Below, piece by piece: positions 35,184 to 40,508 of a DNA stretch of 40,508 nucleotides. Below the pieces are notes generated by a model that ran no database searches, had not been told where the DNA came from, and was given only the letters and a program-made list of their open reading frames with translations. The stretch is from a virus (lineage: Duplodnaviria; Caudoviricetes): the IMG/VR virus record IMGVR_UViG_3300017700_000577, positions 1-40,508 of that record; one strand, given 5' to 3'. The number at the start of each line of letters is the position of its first letter. Positions within the stretch are counted from its first letter, which is position 1. A program made the position numbers and the translations under genes.

Positions 35184-35938
35184 GGCTTTTCCTCGCAGAA
35201 AATCCCGCACTCCGGCATCTTCAGGCTCTTGAGCGCGCGTCCTTTGGCGTCGGCGGGCAGTTCGTCCAGATAGATGCGGCGGTTCTTATGGCGAACCAGC
35301 TTGGCCCCGATTCGGCGTGACTGCTCAGCCCTGGCGGCGAACACATCCGGGTCAACGGCGCGAACAAGATTCCAGTACGTCGGCGACGTGGCCTTCACAC
35401 AGCCCTTGCAGTTGGCGTTCGGGTAGCCCTGCGAATAGGACCGAGGAAGCGTTAGGCCTGCCGCTGTGATGTGGTCGAAGCAATCCTGCTTCGTCATGCC
35501 CGCATCAATGAGAACCGGCAGCACGTTGTTGCGCTCGGTCAGCGTGAACCTGTTGTGTCTCGCCGCCTCCTCAGCGGTAAAGCCTAGGACGTGCCAATCA
35601 ACGTGGACTTCCTTCTCCCAAAGCTGACGCGCCTCTTTCTTCAGCTTGATCGTGCATGGCGCGCCGAGCGGACCGCTCATAAAGGCGCGGTCATCCCATA
35701 CATCGACCGCGCTGTTGGTCGGGTAGCGCGGGTTAGATGCAAACTCGATAGGCCACCGAAGCCACTCAGACACGTCACGCAGAAAGCGGTTGTTGTCATT
35801 GTCTTCTTCGACGACCGGGTTGTTGACGATGCGCACCGTGTGCGTGCTGGCGTACTTGTCGAGCGTCAGCTTGGCCGCCATCGCGGATGCTGCGCCGCAG
35901 GAAAACCAGACGGCGATTGTTTCCTTCCTGTCGCTCAC
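35180..35938 (-). CDS. PAPS-reductase / PP-loop family protein
   Basis: WFSCGAAS, CT.KLK, GFT.EE..R, GY.NANC.GCVK and C-terminal ECGIFC. Confidence 0.75.
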   Translation of the reverse strand: MSDRKETIAVWFSCGAASAMAAKLTLDKYASTHTVRIVNNPVVEEDNDNNRFLRDVSEWLRWPIEFASNPRYPTNSAVDVWDDRAFMSGPLGAPCTIKLKKEARQLWEKEVHVDWHVLGFTAEEAARHNRFTLTERNNVLPVLIDAGMTKQDCFDHITAAGLTLPRSYSQGYPNANCKGCVKATSPTYWNLVRAVDPDVFAARAEQSRRIGAKLVRHKNRRIYLDELPADAKGRALKSLKMPECGIFCEEKP

Positions 35939-36372
35939 GCCTTCCCCTCCAGCTTATCTAGCTCTGCGACTAGGTGAGAATGGCGTTTCTTGGATTTGCG
36001 CAGCCTTTCAATCTCGGCGATTAGGCTAAACCGGAGAGAGGACACAGCTTTCTCGCTTTCCCAGGACTCATCCTCCGCACAGATCGTGTCCACGTCTTGT
36101 TGTGGGATGGGGTTTGAGCGGTAGGTGGTTGTATTTGCAGGCTTTTTGTTCGTCCCGGAGTTGCCATTCGCGAGGCTCTTGGCCTCGACTTCCACGGGCC
36201 GGCCATCTGGACCTGGGGCGTAGTTGGCCACGGTCATGGGACGATCTAGCGGGTACAGGATGTCCACACGGCTCCCCTCAGAACCTGCGTCCACAAGCTG
36301 GGTGATGCGCTCGGAGTAGGCCGCGCTGCTGTCCGCCTTCTTCCCGAACAGTTGCTTGATGAAGTTGATCAT
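35935..36372 (-). CDS. Mosaic hypothetical protein
   Basis: AGGAG RBS; internal boundary element read through in frame. Confidence 0.55.
   Translation of the reverse strand: MINFIKQLFGKKADSSAAYSERITQLVDAGSEGSRVDILYPLDRPMTVANYAPGPDGRPVEVEAKSLANGNSGTNKKPANTTTYRSNPIPQQDVDTICAEDESWESEKAVSSLRFSLIAEIERLRKSKKRHSHLVAELDKLEGKA
36148..36199 (+). repeat. Intragenic boundary element
   Basis: GTTCGTCCCGGAGTTGCC then hairpin CGAGGC-TCTTG-GCCTCG. Confidence 0.75.
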
Positions 36373-36463
36373 TGGGAAACTCCTGAAATCCAGATGGTCA
36401 GGACCAGCGCGAGGACAGAGACGACCAGGCCTCCGTTAAAGGTGTTGCGAATAAGGAACCCAA

Positions 36464-36706
36464 TCATTTGGCGCGCTCCGCAATCATGGCGTCTGCGTAC
36501 ATGTAGGCGGCTCGGCTAATCATCATGCCGCCCGTGATTTCCACCAGCACGTCAGAACGCTCTTTTCGGTCAAGTCCGGCGATCAGCGCCGTCAGAGCCG
36601 CCATGGCGAACTGATCGCGAAGGCTCTCGGGAACACCAGCTGGCGGACGAATGTGTGAGGGATCAAAAGCCGGGGCGTCGGCGCTATCGGGCATATGGCT
36701 GTTCAT
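36464..36706 (-). CDS. Conserved small phage protein (LRD.FA..A...AY..ADAM..ER family)
   Basis: SLRDQFAMAAL...AYMYADAMIAER. Confidence 0.75.
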   Translation of the reverse strand: MNSHMPDSADAPAFDPSHIRPPAGVPESLRDQFAMAALTALIAGLDRKERSDVLVEITGGMMISRAAYMYADAMIAERAK

Positions 36707-36954
36707 TTCTCGCTCTCCAGCTCAGGCCAGTGTTCTTTCATCAGGGACAGGATGGAGCGGTTGGCCCTTTTGACCCCGCCCAGCTTTACGTGCGGATACC
36801 TGTTGCCAATGGCTCCGCCCATCATCACCGGCTTGATAGGGCGAGGAACAGGGCCAAAGCGTTTGTCAGCGTACTTCGTAGGCTCGACGCGCCAGACTAT
36901 GCCGTCGATGCCGATCTCGTATTCAGGGTGGTTGTTGATGGGCTTGCGGTTCAT
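36703..36954 (-). CDS. NUMOD4-like domain protein without a nuclease domain
   Basis: KPI..HPEYEI...G.V.R ... Y.HVKL; no HNH motif follows. Confidence 0.55.
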   Translation of the reverse strand: MNRKPINNHPEYEIGIDGIVWRVEPTKYADKRFGPVPRPIKPVMMGGAIGNRYPHVKLGGVKRANRSILSLMKEHWPELESEK

Positions 36955-37504
36955 GGGATAACCATACACAGCTTGGTTATGTGTGCAAGGTTATTCGTGC
37001 GCCGTAACGCACCCTTGACGGATTTTGTGGAAGAGAGCACCTTACGTGTCGAAGGGGGCGGCTCCGCAAAAAGCCACCCCCTCCTGGCCGATCTGCACAT
37101 CGGCTGCGTAAACGCCTAACCATACTAGGCTCAGCGCAGTTCCCCGACAAGCATTTCGTTCAGGCAGGCCCTACGGCGTGCCGCTGGCGCGCCTCCGAGA
37201 ATGGCGACAGCCACCGCGCATGCGGGAATCGGAAGCCAAACGCCTACAAAATGATGCCGGCTATGAACCGGCAGAGCGGGCTGGAGGTCGGGCGCGGCTT
37301 CCACGGTCACAGAAGGCCGCCCGCCGAGCGTCGCATGAAGTGGGGAACGAAGGGGTACAGAGCGACCGCCCCGCCGGTTCGTCCGGTCTCCCTAGCGCCA
37401 GTGTCTGAAAAACTGCCGAAACCTCAAGGAATTTTCAGGCTGCTTCGGTCCTAGTGGCCGAAGTGTGCCTTCCCTCCAACCTAGTTGCCTAAGGAATTAA
37501 TCAC

Positions 37505-38044
37505 ATGGCCAACCCTGTAAGAGCCAAGGGACACCTTCTGAGGCTGTTGAACGAAATGAGCAGAGAGGCAGGGCATAGCCTGGAGGGCAAGCTGAACAGA
37601 AGGCTTGGCAAGATCCTCGGAAAGCCCGTCAGCAAGACGCAAATCTGGGTTCTGCTGGCAGAGGAATACGCGAGACGAAAAGGCATCAGCCTATCCCTCG
37701 GAAAGCCTAAAGGGCCTCGCATCAAAAAATCGGCTCGTCTGAAAATTTCGTCGTCGGATGTGTTTTACAACAGCCGTGAGTGGAGAGCCGTCCGCTTTCA
37801 GGCGCTCAAGCAGTCCGATGGATGCTGCGAGTTGTGCGGAGAATCAAAGCGGTCGCACGGGATCGTGCTGCACGTCGATCACATCAAACCGAGATCCAAA
37901 CGACCAGACCTGGCGCTTGCGCTCTCCAACCTGCAAATTCTCTGTGCCGCATGTAATCTTGGGAAGTCGAACACCGACGACACGGACTGGCGCGAGGGTG
38001 CCGCTGGTCGGTCTCTGGATAGCTTCGACTGGAGGACGCTCTAG
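37505..38044 (+). CDS. HNH endonuclease
   Basis: FY.S.EW..VR...CELCG...LHVDHIKP...NLQILC..CN.GK; AAGGA RBS; counter-oriented to its neighbours. Confidence 0.9.
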   Translation: MANPVRAKGHLLRLLNEMSREAGHSLEGKLNRRLGKILGKPVSKTQIWVLLAEEYARRKGISLSLGKPKGPRIKKSARLKISSSDVFYNSREWRAVRFQALKQSDGCCELCGESKRSHGIVLHVDHIKPRSKRPDLALALSNLQILCAACNLGKSNTDDTDWREGAAGRSLDSFDWRTL

Positions 38045-38565
38045 CCGTTCCTCAGACCACCAAGACCATTGAGCATCGCCCACATACGGAACGGCCCCTG
38101 TAGCCACTCCTGACGCGCCGCGTAGATCGGCCCGACAACCTCGTCACCGTCCAGCCGGCACTTGTCGAACCACGCCAGCGCGCGCTCATCGGGGAACTTG
38201 AGCTGGAAGGCGGCGCGCAGCTTCTCATCGGGGAACCGGCGTTCGGGAAGCGGGATCACAACCGCAGGCGTTTCGTCTTCCATCCAGTGCTCATACCGTC
38301 TCGACCGGAGCCACGGTCCTAGCCCCGGCCCGCCTGATCGCTTAAGATCGTCGTCGTTCTTCAGATAGGCCAGCAGCGCCTTCAGGAGAGCCTCGTGGCC
38401 CCCGGCGCGCTTGGCGTGGTCAGACCACAGGGGCTTTAGGATCGAGAGGCCCTCGGACCGTTTCTTCATGGTGCCGGGCAAGGCCGCCCAACCCTGAGAG
38501 AACGAACTGCGCCCCTCGAATGCCTCTTCCTTCTCTTCAGGGAAAAGCCTGACAACCTTGGTCAT
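38041..38565 (-). CDS. Hypothetical protein, possibly replication-initiator/loader related
   Basis: F...W.A.P....R...WL...RYE.W resembles C-terminal domains of phage replisome organisers; follows the DnaA_C gene. Confidence 0.45.
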   Translation of the reverse strand: MTKVVRLFPEEKEEAFEGRSSFSQGWAALPGTMKKRSEGLSILKPLWSDHAKRAGGHEALLKALLAYLKNDDDLKRSGGPGLGPWLRSRRYEHWMEDETPAVVIPLPERRFPDEKLRAAFQLKFPDERALAWFDKCRLDGDEVVGPIYAARQEWLQGPFRMWAMLNGLGGLRNG

Positions 38566-38936
38566 CCAGCCACCTGATGCGAAAGCCTCCGCTCCAGCCC
38601 CTCCATACGCTTCACGCTGTGATGCTTAAGGGGCTCTCCGGCCAAGACAGCTTCGTGCTGCCTTATGCCATTCCAAGCTGAGCTGTGGTCCCGTCCGCCG
38701 AAGAACTGGCCGATCTGATAGTAGGACAGGCGGGGCTTGCCGTCGATCTTCTGTTGCCGAAGAATCCACATCGCTTCGAACCGCGCTTCACACAGGCTCT
38801 TGCCCCGGCCCGGGCCGACTAGATCCGCCGCCCGCATCCCGTAGCGTGCCGCCACCATCTCGGTGACTTCGTGCATGGTCTGGAAGCGGGCCACGTGGCC
38901 CCAAGTGTTGCCTAGGGAGTAGGTCAAGGGTTTCAT
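38562..38936 (-). CDS. DnaA C-terminal (domain IV) HTH protein
   Basis: VA.RYG....DL.G..R.....AR.EAMW.......S..QIG.FFGGRDHSS. Confidence 0.85.
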   Translation of the reverse strand: MKPLTYSLGNTWGHVARFQTMHEVTEMVAARYGMRAADLVGPGRGKSLCEARFEAMWILRQQKIDGKPRLSYYQIGQFFGGRDHSSAWNGIRQHEAVLAGEPLKHHSVKRMEGLERRLSHQVAG

Positions 38937-39196
38937 TTGCGCCTCCGAAGTCTGGAAAGTCGGTCGTGAATGGCTGACGGATCGCGCCCCAGAGCCTCGG
39001 CAATCGTGCGGACCCGCTCACCACGGCGCAGCATCGCCAGCAGGCGCGCATCCTCGTCAGCCGTGAAGCGAAGGCCTGAGCGGTCCTCCCGCAGCCTGTG
39101 AAGGCTCTCTGTCGGAATCCTCGCGTTCCTGTCCATCACCTCCAGAGCAGCGGGGAGCCAGGTCAGGGCGGATTGGGGGGCGGGTTTGAGGTTCAT
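38933..39196 (-). CDS. Small HTH DNA-binding protein
   Basis: FT.DED.RLL.M...G.....IAEALGR...AI..RL.RL. Confidence 0.7.
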   Translation of the reverse strand: MNLKPAPQSALTWLPAALEVMDRNARIPTESLHRLREDRSGLRFTADEDARLLAMLRRGERVRTIAEALGRDPSAIHDRLSRLRRRK

Positions 39197-39870
39197 AGGT
39201 CTAGGGCCTCTTGAACGGGTTTGGGAGCGGGCTCGGCGAAAAGGCGAGGCTGGCGGTAGGCTTCCTCGATGCGGCGGCAGGCGATGTCGAAATAGGCGGG
39301 CTCGCGCTCAATGCCGATGAAGGCGCGATCAGTGAGGGCGCAGGCGACGCCTGTGGTGCCGCTTCCCATGAATGGGTCGAGGACGGTCTTGGCGTCGGGC
39401 AGAAACCCGAGGCACCATTGCATCAGCGATAAGGGCTTCTGGGTCGGGTGCTCTTTGCCCTCACTAGCCAGCTGCGCGCGGGCGTATCGGAAAGTTCTTG
39501 GCGTTTGGCTCCACGAGCACCACGCCATCTCGCTGTCGGCGTTGCTGAACTCCTGCATCTTGTCCCAGACAAGGTAGCCCCGGCTCGGCGGAAGGTCGTA
39601 GTAGTTGCCGCCCCAGATGATGCTCTTGCCCGCCAGCCCTCTCGCCACCGAAACAGCTTCAGGAAGCGTCGCTGCGTCCCACGAGTTGTCTCCGGTCCAG
39701 AGGCGGCTCTTGCCGTTCTTGCCTGACTGTTCACCAGCCCAAAGGTGGGCGATCCCATACGGCGGATCGGTCACAACCGCATCCACCTTGCCCAGCGTCG
39801 GGAGAACCTCTCTGCAATCCGCCAGTATCAGCCGACAGTCGCCGATCTGCTCTTCTCTCCACGTCGTCAT
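39193..39870 (-). CDS. Beta-class N6-adenine/N4-cytosine DNA methyltransferase
   Basis: TDPPY (motif IV) precedes HPTQKP and LDPFMGSGTTG (motif I). Confidence 0.93.
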   Translation of the reverse strand: MTTWREEQIGDCRLILADCREVLPTLGKVDAVVTDPPYGIAHLWAGEQSGKNGKSRLWTGDNSWDAATLPEAVSVARGLAGKSIIWGGNYYDLPPSRGYLVWDKMQEFSNADSEMAWCSWSQTPRTFRYARAQLASEGKEHPTQKPLSLMQWCLGFLPDAKTVLDPFMGSGTTGVACALTDRAFIGIEREPAYFDIACRRIEEAYRQPRLFAEPAPKPVQEALDL

Positions 39871-40395
39871 CTACGCCCCCCACACTACGCGGAAGGGCAG
39901 CGGGCCGTGCTTCAGCTCAAGGGCGTGGATGGCGTTGCAGGGCTTGCACAACAGCTCTAGGTCATCGACCGGACGCTCTAGCTTGGCGATCTGCCGGTTC
40001 CACTTGCTGCCGAGCCCGCGTATCTCCTTCCCGCCGCCGCCATTCTTGTGATTGATCTCGACCAACTCGGGGCGATCACAGCCGCACCGGACACAGGCGA
40101 CAACGCCACCGCCGACGACCAGCAGGGCGCGGCGGCGATAGCGCCTCTCCCACTCCGTCGAATATCCGGGCCGCTTTGCCCGCCACTCCTTGAGCTTCTC
40201 TAGGTTCCTCGCCGCCTTCGGGCGCTGGCGAACGTCCTTGAGTTTCCCACAGGTGGGGCAGGGCTCGCGCGTAGCTACACCCGCAGGCTTCCACGTCGCG
40301 TCACAGTCGCGGCACGACACAACAGGCTTGAACTTCTTGTCCCGGCAGTCTCCCAGGATGAGGCGGCAATCCCCGATGATCTCTTCGCGGCTCAA
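39871..40395 (-). CDS. HNH-like endonuclease with zinc ribbons and an MTase-derived N-terminus
   Basis: CRDC/CPTC, CVRCG...EINH.NGGG...LLC.PCN.IH; TTG start overlapping the gcrA stop across the circular junction. Confidence 0.7.
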   Translation of the reverse strand: MSREEIIGDCRLILGDCRDKKFKPVVSCRDCDATWKPAGVATREPCPTCGKLKDVRQRPKAARNLEKLKEWRAKRPGYSTEWERRYRRRALLVVGGGVVACVRCGCDRPELVEINHKNGGGGKEIRGLGSKWNRQIAKLERPVDDLELLCKPCNAIHALELKHGPLPFRVVWGA

Positions 40396-40508
40396 GACAC
40401 ATACCGCCGAATAGACCGGGCGAGCTGGTTCCCCGTCGTCGGCGGGACCACGCTGCCCTTGGCCTTGTGACCTGGGCACCACCGCTCTTCAGCAGGGTCG
40501 GCGCAGAA
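40386..40508. repeat. Terminal direct repeat, right copy
   Basis: Identical to 1-123. Confidence 0.95.

Noticed and set aside
563-36199. Boundary elements as a CRISPR array or canonical integron attC array
   Set aside because: Copies are dispersed, degenerate and in both orientations, with no regular spacers, no cas or intI gene and no RYYYAAC/GTTRRRY cores.

Overview
The window appears to be a complete, circularly closed ~40.4 kb GC-rich tailed-phage genome; bases 1-123 repeat exactly at 40386-40508. The host is probably an alphaproteobacterium, most likely Caulobacteraceae, inferred from a GcrA homologue. The minus-strand late arm (~9.9-33.6 kb) is podovirus-like: terminase small and large subunits, portal, scaffold, major capsid, decoration protein, adaptor and nozzle, GNAT protein, three ejection proteins (one with a lytic transglycosylase domain), tail fibre, beta-helix tailspike, and a lysis cassette with no recognisable endolysin. 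The early regions carry GcrA, a DnaA C-terminal domain protein, a beta-class DNA methyltransferase, two HNH proteins, a Holliday-junction resolvase, an ERF annealase, TetR-like, Lar-like, PAPS-reductase-like and Mom/GNAT-like proteins, tRNA-Arg(CCT) and many small ORFs. I found no integrase, CI-type repressor, helicase, primase or polymerase. The most unusual signal is a dispersed family of ~45-70 bp elements (head GTTCATCCCGGA, short spacer, often CCCGTCT, then a hairpin showing compensatory base changes). About 13-17 copies sit at gene starts, gene ends and in-frame domain junctions of accessory genes. In at least two cases homologous left and right ends bracket unrelated cargo genes, suggesting an undescribed gene-cassette or module-shuffling system. 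All annotations come from motif recognition by eye, not database searches.
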